Source: an uncultured Spirochaetota bacterium
GTDB lineage: Bacteria > Spirochaetota > Brevinematia > Brevinematales > JAOACQ01
Assembly (NCBI GenBank): GCA_963835575.1
Contig: CAWIGG010000004.1
Span: 288,001-352,000 of the forward strand
Reading direction: 5' to 3'
DNA: 64,000 nt
Part shown: one piece after another, positions 51,950-61,210 of the stretch
How the letters are laid out: each line of letters opens with the position of its first letter
Numbering within the stretch: the first letter of the stretch is position 1
Notes under the pieces: model-generated
Database searches by the model: none
What the model was told of the DNA's origin: nothing
The model's input: only the letters and a program-made list of their open reading frames with translations
Made by a program: the position numbers and the translations under genes

Positions 51950-51989
51950 CGTTAGACCCTCCTCAAAAAAAATGACGGTATTATTATAC

Positions 51990-52044
51990 AGGGCATTTCC
52001 AAAAACTACCAAAAAAAAATAAATTGGTGTTTTTGGAAATGCCC
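51990..52044. repeat. Family A palindrome in the divergent lysC/tmk promoter region
   Basis: gggcatttccaaaaactacc..ggtgtttttggaaatgccc; near-identical to 28755-28808. Confidence 0.85.
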
Positions 52045-52127
52045 GGCATCTCAATTTTAATATTGCTTTTTTGCGGAGCGAAAATTATAATACAATCTCT
52101 TTAAATTTAAAAACAAGGAAAAAAATA

Positions 52128-52745
52128 ATGAAAGGCTTTTTTGTCACTTTTGAAGGCATCGAGGGGTGCGGAAAATCGACGCAGGCATATTACCTTTATG
52201 AATATTTAATCAACAGCGGCAGAAAGGCCCTTCTTACCAGAGAGCCGGGCGGGACCGAAAGCGGCGCGCATATCCGCGATATTCTTCTCAACTCTTCTTC
52301 ATTATCTCCGTACTGCGAGCTTTTTCTTTTCCTGGCGGACAGAAGCCAGCATGTCGAAGGGCTTATCCGGCCCGCCCTGGAAAAAGGCTCCGTAGTTATC
52401 TGCGACAGGTTTTACCACTCCACGTTTGCCTATCAGGCGGGAGGCAGGCATGTCCCTCTGGAAACGGTTGAATACCTGAATGACCTGGCAATACAGGGAT
52501 TAAGGCCTGATATTACTTTTCTTATCGATATCAATCCCGAAACCGGAATGGCAAGAAAACATTCCGCAGAGCTTTCATTAGACCGTATAGAAAAAGAAAA
52601 CGGATCATTTCATAAGGCAATAAGGGATTCTTATTTAAAACTGGCTGAAAAAGATAAAAATATTGCCGTCATAAACGGAGAAAGGAATAAAGAGATCATC
52701 CGGGATGAAATCATTGAAATATTTTTAAAGAAATGTCAAAAGTAA
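52128..52745 (+). CDS. tmk: Thymidylate kinase
   Basis: FEGIEGCGKST, REPGGT, DRF..ST.AYQ, PD. Confidence 0.97.
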   Translation: MKGFFVTFEGIEGCGKSTQAYYLYEYLINSGRKALLTREPGGTESGAHIRDILLNSSSLSPYCELFLFLADRSQHVEGLIRPALEKGSVVICDRFYHSTFAYQAGGRHVPLETVEYLNDLAIQGLRPDITFLIDINPETGMARKHSAELSLDRIEKENGSFHKAIRDSYLKLAEKDKNIAVINGERNKEIIRDEIIEIFLKKCQK

Positions 52746-52839
52746 GCTGCCCGGATTAACACTCCGGTTTTTATACACTACAAAGATCACCAAGAGGCAC
52801 TAACCAGGTTTTCCTTGCTCTGCTTCATTATTGAATCTT

Positions 52840-53029
52840 CCGCTAAGCCACGCGAAGTCACGCCAATATAAAATATTCTATGCCTCTATTCAATTACCCT
52901 TTGAGTCAATTAGTTTTTTAATATGCTATTTTTCCTTATCACTAATACTCAATGCATACTAAGTGTCACAAACCATATGTACCCTCAATCCCTTATATTA
53001 TATTCGCGTCTATTCGCGTGTATTAGCGG
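52840..53029. repeat. Family B-like inverted repeat pair enclosing about 126 bp
   Basis: ccgctaagccacgcgaagtcacgccaatataa vs ttatattcgcgtctattcgcgtgtattagcgg. Confidence 0.7.
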
Positions 53030-53175
53030 ATTATCCGGCCCAACTTAATCTTTTAATAACCAAAAGGAAATTTATTTCTAATATTGCTTACAAGACTCAA
53101 AACGATGCCCCAAACATGCCGAGGGGAACACAAAAGAGCCGGCAGTCAAGAGTCATCAGCTTATTAAAATTTTTA

Positions 53176-53204
53176 TTTACATTTATTATTTTAATTGTTA
53201 AAAT
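53176..53204 (+). promoter_or_regulatory. Sigma70-type promoter, probably yielding leaderless dxr mRNA
   Basis: TTTACA-17 bp-TAAAAT with TGn extension; ATG 7 nt downstream; no SD. Confidence 0.6.
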
Positions 53205-53211
53205 CATAAGC

Positions 53212-54357
53212 ATGGAAAAGATTGTTCTACTCGGCGCCACAGGCTCAATCGGTTCTTCTGTTCTTGATGTGCTCAGGAATCACTCCGCAAGATTCAAGCT
53301 CATCGGGGTAAGCGGCCATAAAAATCTGGAGAAATTGGAAGCCATCGTCAGGGAATTCGTCCCGGAGGCGGTTTGCCTTTCAAAAGAGAACAGGGATTTT
53401 ATAAAATTATTTCCTGAAGTCTCATTCGTTTTCGGGGAAAAAGGACTATCAGAATTGGCTTCTCTTCCTTCCGCGGATACCATTGTTATCGGAATAGCGG
53501 GTATTGCCGGCCTTGCCCCCACTTTAAGCGCCATTAAAAGCAAAAAAAGGCTCCTGACAGCCAATAAGGAATCCATCGTTGCCGCCGGCGGGCTTGTCAA
53601 CCGGCTCCTGGCCGACACAAACCAAATGATAATACCCCTGGACAGCGAGCATAATGCCATCTTTAATATCTTTTCCAGAATACAGAAACAGTATATTAAA
53701 AGCATCTGCTTAACGGCTTCAGGCGGGCCCTTCCTCAATAAGAATATCACAGTGCGCACAGCCAGGAAGGATGTCCTGCAACATCCGACATGGGACATGG
53801 GCCATGAAATTACCGTCAACAGCGCCTCGTTAATGAATAAAGGGTTCGAAGTTATTGAGGCCCATTTCCTGTTCCATATGGATTATGACGATATTAAAGT
53901 CCTGATCCATCCGCAATCTCTTGTCCATGGAATTGTTGAAACAATAGACGGCACTCACTTTATGGCGGCGTCGCCCAGCGATATGCGCTATCCCATCGCG
54001 CTTTCGCTCTTTTATCCTGATTTTCCGGAACAGAAATTTCCGGACCTTGATCTGAGTCAGAAGAAACTGGAATTCTTCGAACCGGATTATAACAAGTTCC
54101 CCCTGCTGAAATTGGCTTACAGCGCGGGAAAAGAAGGCGGCATATTGACCGCCGTACTGAATGCCGCAAATGAAACCGCGGTGAATGCTTTTTTAAAAAA
54201 CAGGATTAAATTTATTCATCTGCCTGACCTGATCCATCAGGTCATAGAATCCTTTAGCGGAAGAAATATCAAAAATGGGGAATTATCTCTTGAAATAATC
54301 AATCAAATCGACATTGAAGCCCGGCAGAAAACAGCCGGTCTCATTGAAAGGTTTTAG
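53212..54357 (+). CDS. dxr: 1-deoxy-D-xylulose-5-phosphate reductoisomerase
   Basis: GATGSIG, ANKES, PLDSEH, TASGGPF, HPTWDMG, NKGFEVIEA, NAANE. Confidence 0.97.
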   Translation: MEKIVLLGATGSIGSSVLDVLRNHSARFKLIGVSGHKNLEKLEAIVREFVPEAVCLSKENRDFIKLFPEVSFVFGEKGLSELASLPSADTIVIGIAGIAGLAPTLSAIKSKKRLLTANKESIVAAGGLVNRLLADTNQMIIPLDSEHNAIFNIFSRIQKQYIKSICLTASGGPFLNKNITVRTARKDVLQHPTWDMGHEITVNSASLMNKGFEVIEAHFLFHMDYDDIKVLIHPQSLVHGIVETIDGTHFMAASPSDMRYPIALSLFYPDFPEQKFPDLDLSQKKLEFFEPDYNKFPLLKLAYSAGKEGGILTAVLNAANETAVNAFLKNRIKFIHLPDLIHQVIESFSGRNIKNGELSLEIINQIDIEARQKTAGLIERF

Positions 54358-54521
54358 GGCAGTTCCAAAAACCTTAAGTTTTTAGGAACTGCCCCGATAA
54401 TAAAAACTTTTTGGTTAATGTAAATGACGCTACTGCGTGGAGTTTGCAAAGCAAACTTAGCAGTTGCATGACTTAAAACAATATCGGCAGTTCTAAAAAT
54501 GTGAGTTTTTAGAACTGCCCT
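54356..54521. repeat. Full family A tri-hairpin element between convergent dxr and hybrid kinase
   Basis: Outer IR agggcagttc/gaactgccct; two terminal palindromes and a central hairpin homologous to 1807-1845. Confidence 0.8.
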
Positions 54522-54525
54522 TTAG

Positions 54526-56877
54526 TTATTTTTCAGCGGCGTCCAGAACTTCCCGCACCTTATTGGCCAGTTCTATCATGGAATAAGGTTTCTGGATAAT
54601 GTCGCGCGCTCCCAGTTCTATCGTATCCTGGACCCTTTTATCATTCCTGAAGCCTGAAGCCAGAAGAACTTTCACATCGGGGGCTATCGCTTTCATCTCA
54701 ATATACGCTTCTTTTCCTGAAAGCTTCGGCATCGCCATATCCAGAATAACCAGGTCTATTTTTTCATGTTCCTTTTTAAAAATCTTTACGCATTCATCGC
54801 CGTCCTGCGCAGAAATCACCTGATACCCGCATTTTTCCAGTATCGTTTTCGCCACTTTCCTGACATTATCCTCATCGTCAGCCAGGAGAACCGTTTCATT
54901 TCCCTTTGCCGGTTCCTGTTTTTCCTTTTTTACCGGGACACTCTTTTCTTTATAAAGAGGAAGAAATACCTTGAATTCAGATCCGCTGCCGACTTTTGAT
55001 AATACATCAATAAACCCGTCATGCTGATGCACAATATTATAGACCATGGCAAGGCCCAGTCCCGTGCCCTTGTCTTTTTCCTTGGTCGTAAAGAAAGGAT
55101 CGAAGATTTTCGGCATTGTTTTACTGTCAATCCCCACGCCGGTGTCTTTAACAATTATGACCCAGTACTCATCCTCGCTGGCTTCGGGATGATGCTTGCG
55201 CAGGCGGGCGTCATTCGTTATTTTTTCAAGCGAAAGGCTGAGAATTCCTCCCTGATGTTCGTTTGGTTTTCTCATGATAGTCATGGAATGTTCCGCGTTC
55301 ACGCAGAGATTGAGCAATATCTGCTCTATCTGTGTGAAATCCGCTCTTGCGACAGCCATACTGTCATTAAGATGGACCTGGATTTCCACAGACTTATCAA
55401 AAGTATTTCTGCAGATTTGTATAACACTCCGGAAGACCAGGTTCAAATCCACTGTTGTGAAAGCGATATCCTGCTTCCTGGAAAGCGAGAGCAGCTGGTT
55501 GACCATGTCCGAGGCCCTTTTCGCCGAATCTTCAATAATAGAGATATGTTCTTTCAGGCTCTCTTTTTCAATTTTTTTCGTACTGCCGAGCATATACTGG
55601 ATCAGTGAAACTGAACCGATGACCCCGGCCAGGACATTATTAAAATCATGGGCCAGACCGCCAGCCAGCCTCCCGACAGTTTCCATCTTCTGGGCCTGCC
55701 GGAGCTGCGACTCTTTCCTTTCCAGTTCCGTGATATCATCAAGGCGGATAACCACGCCGCCCGTACCGTTAAACACGAGAGGATAAAAAGATATGTTAAA
55801 ATAGCGCCTTTCCTCTTCAGTTAAAGTTTCCCGCTGGATCTCAATCGGCATTCTCTTTTTTATCACATCCTCAAAATTACCTTCATACTGCTTGAGCGTC
55901 GGGATCATTTCCCATATTTTTTTTGAAACAGCCTCAGAGGCGGGAATTCCCGTTTCTCTTTCCGCCGCCATATTCCACTGAGTGATAATCCCTTCATGAT
56001 TAATGGAAATTAAAACCGAAGCCAGAGAATCGAAAATATTCTTGAGATAATTTTTGGTTTTCCTGAGTTCTTCTTCCGCCTCTTTACGCTCCAGGATTTC
56101 CTTTTTTAATTCTTCGAGGGTCTTTTTCAACTGGATTGTCATTGTGTTGAATTCCAGGGCCAGGGTGCCGATCTCATCATTGGACGATACATGCACAAGC
56201 TTATCAAAGTTACCCTGAATGATCTGTTTCGTGCTTTCAACAATGGATATGATCGGTTTTGTCAGCCTGCCGGCCAGCAATATCGATATGAAAAATGATA
56301 AAAGGATAACAATCGCCGTAAAAACAGCCATCAGTATGCGCGCGAACGCAAAATCCCTGTCCAGTTCTATGAGAGAATTCTCAAAAGATTTTTTTGACTT
56401 GGTGAATGTCTCATCCAGCAATGCGTTCAGGCTGTTTTTATTTTCCTTGAATTTATTCACAATATCCTTTTGCGACTGGAATCCCTCCAGATCTTTTATC
56501 CCGAGAATGGAAGACCCGAATTGATAATAAAGCCTGAAATAAGTTCTGAGCTTCTGCAGAGAAGGCTCTTCTTCCGGGATCCTTTCGGAAAGGTCGTCAA
56601 TATTTTTATAAAATGACTTGGCCAGATCGTCCAGGCGTACTTTTTCCTTCCGGCGGCTTTCAATATCAAAAAGCATTGTGTCCCAGATTTCGGCATGGAT
56701 GCGCATGATGATCAGATAGGATTCCTGGATATACTTTTCAGTCGTGAAATTATTCTCAACCAGCAGATTTATCTTCCGCGCCGACTGATTAAGAAAAACA
56801 AGATTAAAAACAATAAAACCCATAAATAGAAGGATCAATATCCCGAAACCCATCAAGACACGGTACTTTAGCCTCAT
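54526..56877 (-). CDS. Hybrid sensor kinase: TM-periplasmic helical sensor-TM-HAMP-PAS-HisKA-HATPase-REC
   Basis: DEIGTLA (HAMP), AHDFNN, NLCVNA, DTGVG, GTGLGL, C-terminal REC. Confidence 0.93.
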   Translation of the reverse strand: MRLKYRVLMGFGILILLFMGFIVFNLVFLNQSARKINLLVENNFTTEKYIQESYLIIMRIHAEIWDTMLFDIESRRKEKVRLDDLAKSFYKNIDDLSERIPEEEPSLQKLRTYFRLYYQFGSSILGIKDLEGFQSQKDIVNKFKENKNSLNALLDETFTKSKKSFENSLIELDRDFAFARILMAVFTAIVILLSFFISILLAGRLTKPIISIVESTKQIIQGNFDKLVHVSSNDEIGTLALEFNTMTIQLKKTLEELKKEILERKEAEEELRKTKNYLKNIFDSLASVLISINHEGIITQWNMAAERETGIPASEAVSKKIWEMIPTLKQYEGNFEDVIKKRMPIEIQRETLTEEERRYFNISFYPLVFNGTGGVVIRLDDITELERKESQLRQAQKMETVGRLAGGLAHDFNNVLAGVIGSVSLIQYMLGSTKKIEKESLKEHISIIEDSAKRASDMVNQLLSLSRKQDIAFTTVDLNLVFRSVIQICRNTFDKSVEIQVHLNDSMAVARADFTQIEQILLNLCVNAEHSMTIMRKPNEHQGGILSLSLEKITNDARLRKHHPEASEDEYWVIIVKDTGVGIDSKTMPKIFDPFFTTKEKDKGTGLGLAMVYNIVHQHDGFIDVLSKVGSGSEFKVFLPLYKEKSVPVKKEKQEPAKGNETVLLADDEDNVRKVAKTILEKCGYQVISAQDGDECVKIFKKEHEKIDLVILDMAMPKLSGKEAYIEMKAIAPDVKVLLASGFRNDKRVQDTIELGARDIIQKPYSMIELANKVREVLDAAEK

Positions 56878-57180
56878 AAGCTGCTGTAAACCTCCGGATA
56901 CCCCTTGCCCCTTAAATGAATAAAAGCGATATAATCAGATTACCGCATAATCAGTAATCAATCCGTAATACAAATTGCTGTCAATTAAATCATACATTCA
57001 AAACCGGAATATTTCAATAGCTTTCTTGTTTTGTCTTGATTACATGAAATTCAAATATGAGGGATCCATTGCCCGGCTCAAGATGGAATATGATAAATCC
57101 GTCTTTCGGCCGGAGTGTAATAATTGGATTATAAACCTGTTATTCAGCTTGTTTCTATTTTAACAGGTACCTGATAACAA

Positions 57181-58182
57181 TTATTTCTTTAGAAATCCGA
57201 CAACAAATAAATCTGTTTGAACCGGAATTTCCTTTTTATAAACAGCGTATTTACTGCCGCCGATAGTGATCTCAAATTCGCTTTCATTCACAAGCTTTCT
57301 GCCGAGCTCCCGTATATCCTCAGAATTATCTTTATAAGTCAGCTTATATTCGTCCGGAGCAAACTCATTTTTTGACATCTGCTTCAAATAATCGAACTCT
57401 TTCAAAACCTTGACCTTTAAAAACCTGACTGATGCTTCATTAGCTCCGATAACCATCGAATCTTTAGACATGAAAATGAGCGGGGTTTTTTGTTTTCTGA
57501 GAGCTTCCCGTCCTATCGGCGTTAAATACAAATCACAGTTTATTACAGCTTCCAGTTTGTTTTTATTATATACAGGCATCATATATACTTTTATAAAACC
57601 GTTCCCAGCGATCTCCGCAAAAGGTTCATCAGTCCAGATCAGCTTTTTCGAGGGATTATGCTTTTCATCCGCCAGAAAATACCAGAATATAGTACGGTAG
57701 TCAAAATTAAATGGTATTACAGAAACAAGGTCAACCCAGGGCGCCACAAACCCTACGCCGTCGCTTCCCAGGATCCAGAGCGTCATATAGTTTGTAATTG
57801 ATGAAATCATCAGTTTTTCCGATTTTTCATAAAGACGGATCTTTTCTTTTATTTTATTGGTCGGGAAAGGGGCCATATCCGCGACCATGACTGCGCAGCC
57901 GCTGTCGTTTGTGGCTTTATGATATAAATGTCCCTGTTGAAATTTATATTTTCCCCCGTCTTCAATATCCATTTTATCGATTGATAAATTAATTGTACTT
58001 TCATTCAGGTATAAATCATCCAGAAACAGGTTTAGTTTTTCCACTCCGGCTTTGGAAAAGGCAAAATATCCGTTTATATCGCTAACAGAAGCTTCAACAT
58101 CCGATTTCATATTTTTTACCGAAGACCCGCAAGATGTAATAATAAGAAAAAGAAATGACAGGATAATCAGCTCTTTTTTCAT
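57181..58182 (-). CDS. Lipoprotein with Cache-like ligand-binding domain
   Basis: Lipobox IITSC; 'FDYRTIFWY..NP..KLIWTDEPF...G.G....MPVY....EAVINCD' dCache-like pattern. Confidence 0.7.
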   Translation of the reverse strand: MKKELIILSFLFLIITSCGSSVKNMKSDVEASVSDINGYFAFSKAGVEKLNLFLDDLYLNESTINLSIDKMDIEDGGKYKFQQGHLYHKATNDSGCAVMVADMAPFPTNKIKEKIRLYEKSEKLMISSITNYMTLWILGSDGVGFVAPWVDLVSVIPFNFDYRTIFWYFLADEKHNPSKKLIWTDEPFAEIAGNGFIKVYMMPVYNKNKLEAVINCDLYLTPIGREALRKQKTPLIFMSKDSMVIGANEASVRFLKVKVLKEFDYLKQMSKNEFAPDEYKLTYKDNSEDIRELGRKLVNESEFEITIGGSKYAVYKKEIPVQTDLFVVGFLKK

Positions 58183-59108
58183 ATATTTCTCCCTGTTTTT
58201 AATTCTTCATTATCAATAAAATATCTTTCTTTTATCGCTCTCAATATTTCATCTTCTTTACTGTATGGTATCGGGGCCCTTAAAATGCCGATATTACCGC
58301 TCCCCTCTTTTTTGTCCGGTATGTCCCCCGCATCTTTAATTATAACAGGCCTTGCTCCGTTTTCCTCGATTTCATACACAAGAGATTTCACAGAGCGGTT
58401 GTTTTCACCGCTGCAAATCACCCATATTTCAGAAAGATTTTTTCCTCTTACAGCTTGCGCAATCTCTTCGAATATACCGGACCCCAGGACCCATCCGCAT
58501 ATCCCTTTAAGCCAGAAAATGTTTTCCTTATGAGGGAAACATGTGCTGATATATTTAACAATGGTTTCCGCATCCTTCAGACGGAATGAGGAATAAACCA
58601 GCAAATGGACCGGTTTTCCTCCATCAAAAAATCGAAGTTTTTCTTTATAGTTTTCTATCGTTAAAAAAACCGTGTTAACAGGAAAAATCGAACTGTAATT
58701 ATAAAAAATCATATGCCCTTCATCCAGAAGCATCAAACACTGATAACCCGGCCTGACTTTTTTAATCTCATTTTTAAGCATCGCTATCCAGGGGCAGATT
58801 TTTTCTAATACAGGGGTCCCTTTTTCTTTAGCCGCTTCAATCTCTTCAAGGCTGCCGTCATAACCGCTTACCAGTATCCCGGCACCTGCGGGCAGCTCCG
58901 AGATATTCCTAATATAACGGTAATTATATCGGTCAAACCAGCCTGTTTCTACACCTTTACCGCCCCGTGAATTCCATTCCAGATTTAAATAATATTCAGT
59001 ATTATGATATTTCTTATCTTTTTTCAGATATTCCCAGTAATCTTCTTCAAACTGCTTTTTAATAAAACCGCATCTGCCGTCATTCTGAAAAAAATAAAAA
59101 AAAGGCAT
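58179..59108 (-). CDS. Divergent IspH/LytB-fold Fe-S protein
   Basis: Three spaced Cys (GRCGF, KICPW, GICGW); 'ISELPAGAGILVSGY' resembles IspH 'LDEVPEGATVIFSAH'; AGGAG RBS at the 59108 start. Confidence 0.6.
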   Translation of the reverse strand: MPFFYFFQNDGRCGFIKKQFEEDYWEYLKKDKKYHNTEYYLNLEWNSRGGKGVETGWFDRYNYRYIRNISELPAGAGILVSGYDGSLEEIEAAKEKGTPVLEKICPWIAMLKNEIKKVRPGYQCLMLLDEGHMIFYNYSSIFPVNTVFLTIENYKEKLRFFDGGKPVHLLVYSSFRLKDAETIVKYISTCFPHKENIFWLKGICGWVLGSGIFEEIAQAVRGKNLSEIWVICSGENNRSVKSLVYEIEENGARPVIIKDAGDIPDKKEGSGNIGILRAPIPYSKEDEILRAIKERYFIDNEELKTGRNI

Positions 59109-59122
59109 TGTTTCTCCTAAAA

Positions 59123-60394
59123 CTATTCCCGGTCCGTTCTCAGGTAGCAGTATTGCTTGATGATTTCCCTGATATTCTCTTTGTCCGGTTTTGATATTCT
59201 GCTGATATGAAAACCGCATAAAATTATTTCCATATCAAGGCTTTGCCATTTGATCAGGCTGCAGCCGCGGATAAAACCGATTTGCGGGAAACACATAATG
59301 AATTCGTATTCATTTTTTGTTGAACAGTTTTCAGGCATTTCTTCCATTTCAAGACGGAAACCGTCAAAGGAAATATCGACAAGCTTTGCTTTGATATAGT
59401 TATTTTTATTGGAATCCCAGAGCGAAACCGTACAGTCTTCGCTTTTTATAGGATAAAAACGGTGTGCCGGGTCTGTTGAATTTCTTCCATCCCTCAGGCG
59501 TTTGAATAATTTCCTGTTAATCAGGCGGCCTTCCATTTCAAAATAGGCGCGGATAGTTCCTTTCTGATAAAGAGTGACATGAAAATTCAGGAAAAGCCAT
59601 TCACCATCCTTATTATTTTCCGGCGATATGAATTCCGCTTTCATGCCCGCGGGATAATGTAAATCGACATAATCATAGAATTTTGAATTATACTGGCTCA
59701 GAACAAATTGAACGCCATGAAGAGGAACCTTGCCGTAAATATGGCTGCATGCCGTGGTGAACTGCCTGGCCGCTTCTATCAGCATAACTCCAGGCACATG
59801 GTCATTGGGATGCTCGAAAAAGAAGGAATGTCCCGAATCGATAACAAGATCCGCGTAGAAAATCTTTTCCAGAGTCAAGCCGGGGATATTTTCGATTATT
59901 TCGGCCAATTTCAAGCGCTCAATATTTGAAATATGGATATTTTTCTTATAGAGGATTGAATAAATATCTTTAACTTCTTCATCGGAGAGATGATTTTTTA
60001 AAATATAATTCTCGTTTTTATTGTTTTTACGGTAATAATTATGAAGCAGTCTGATTTCTTTCTGGTCCAATTGATTTGAATGGTCCAGGATATCCAGAAC
60101 TTCCGTGCTTAAAAAATGAGGGATATTAAATAGAACATAATATTTTTCATTTTTATGTTCCGGCAAGGAAATATTTCCCCCGATGATGCTCTTATCATCG
60201 ATATTCTGCAGACGGTAATACTCCAGAAACATATCCTGCTGCGCTTTTGGCAAACTCGGGATAATTATATTTTCTACTGTTTCCTTTTCAAAATAAGCGG
60301 GGATCGCTCTCCGCAGATTTTTTACAAATACATTGTCCTGCAGACTTTTATGGACATATTTTTTATCAAGAGCGGCATCCAATTGTAAAACCAT
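59123..60394 (-). CDS. AfsA/ScbA-type (A-factor biosynthesis) hotdog domain protein fused to C-terminal PilZ
   Basis: 'KKYVHK...NVFV' and 'HSFFFEHPNDHVPGVMLIEAARQ' AfsA signatures; 'LVDISFDGFRL...IKW...CGFHI' PilZ pattern. Confidence 0.8.
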   Translation of the reverse strand: MVLQLDAALDKKYVHKSLQDNVFVKNLRRAIPAYFEKETVENIIIPSLPKAQQDMFLEYYRLQNIDDKSIIGGNISLPEHKNEKYYVLFNIPHFLSTEVLDILDHSNQLDQKEIRLLHNYYRKNNKNENYILKNHLSDEEVKDIYSILYKKNIHISNIERLKLAEIIENIPGLTLEKIFYADLVIDSGHSFFFEHPNDHVPGVMLIEAARQFTTACSHIYGKVPLHGVQFVLSQYNSKFYDYVDLHYPAGMKAEFISPENNKDGEWLFLNFHVTLYQKGTIRAYFEMEGRLINRKLFKRLRDGRNSTDPAHRFYPIKSEDCTVSLWDSNKNNYIKAKLVDISFDGFRLEMEEMPENCSTKNEYEFIMCFPQIGFIRGCSLIKWQSLDMEIILCGFHISRISKPDKENIREIIKQYCYLRTDRE

Positions 60395-60600
60395 TGCTTT
60401 TTCCTTTTTTTAAATATAAAAAGCCCCCGAAATTAACATCAATAATAACTGAATTATGCTTTTTAAATTTTTAATAAAAACAATTAATAAGCATATTTGA
60501 TGAAAAGCCCTTAAAATACTTTCATTCATAAGATGATAAGTTAATGCAATTTTCCCATATCCAGGAACAATTAAATTTAGAAGAACAAAACTATTACCTT

Positions 60601-60635
60601 AAAAAAAGGGAGCCCCATCCCTTTCTTTTTTTTGT
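60601..60635. terminator. Bidirectional-type hairpin terminator
   Basis: A7-ggga-gcccca-tccc-ttt plus T-tract, downstream of flgJ. Confidence 0.55.
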
Positions 60636-60844
60636 TCTTTTAAACGTTATTTGATCAGTATTTAATTACTGCTTATTATTATATATGATTCAAATTATTA
60701 TTATAACAATAAATAAAAATTTATCAAGAATATTATTTTTCTTATAAAAGAAGAATATTTCCTGAACTGAAAGATTTTCCTATTTGAAAGCTTTAAAAAA
60801 ACACCCATTTAATGATATATTTTAAAATAAGATTGTATTAAAAA

Positions 60845-61165
60845 TCACCTGACAGTCAGAAGATATTTATAAACCATATCCCCGAGGCCGATCCCGCCTG
60901 ATTTTGAGATGTTCTTCGAGTATTCGTTATAGAGCATGTCTTCAAATATATCCTGCTTTAAACCGCCGTTCAGCCATTCATCCTTGGGAACTGTGCTCCG
61001 CATTGATTTAAAGAGCTGATTGATAAAAAGCGACTCAAATTCCTGGGAAACTTCCTTTAATTTTTTATCATCCATCCCTTTATAATTTTTCTTCTCATAC
61101 GAACGGAGCTGATCGCTTTTCATGTTTTCACTGGCCGTAAACAGGCTCTCGCTTCCTATCTCCAT
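60845..61165 (-). CDS. flgJ: Single-domain FlgJ (rod-binding) protein
   Basis: 'LKEVSQEFESLFINQLFKSMRSTV...IFEDMLYNEY...GGIGLGDMVY'. Confidence 0.9.
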   Translation of the reverse strand: MEIGSESLFTASENMKSDQLRSYEKKNYKGMDDKKLKEVSQEFESLFINQLFKSMRSTVPKDEWLNGGLKQDIFEDMLYNEYSKNISKSGGIGLGDMVYKYLLTVR

Positions 61166-61183
61166 TTTCCGCCTCCGCGTATA

Positions 61184-61210
61184 ATATCGGCAGAAAACAG
61201 GATACTTTTA
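61184..61210 (-). promoter_or_regulatory. Sigma28 (FliA/SigD) promoter of flgJ
   Basis: TAAA-N15-GCCGATAT, exact consensus, upstream of the GGAGG RBS. Confidence 0.85.

Noticed and set aside
52963..53211. 83-aa N-terminal extension of Dxr
   Set aside because: Runs through repeats and the promoter; Dxr homology starts at MEKIVLLG
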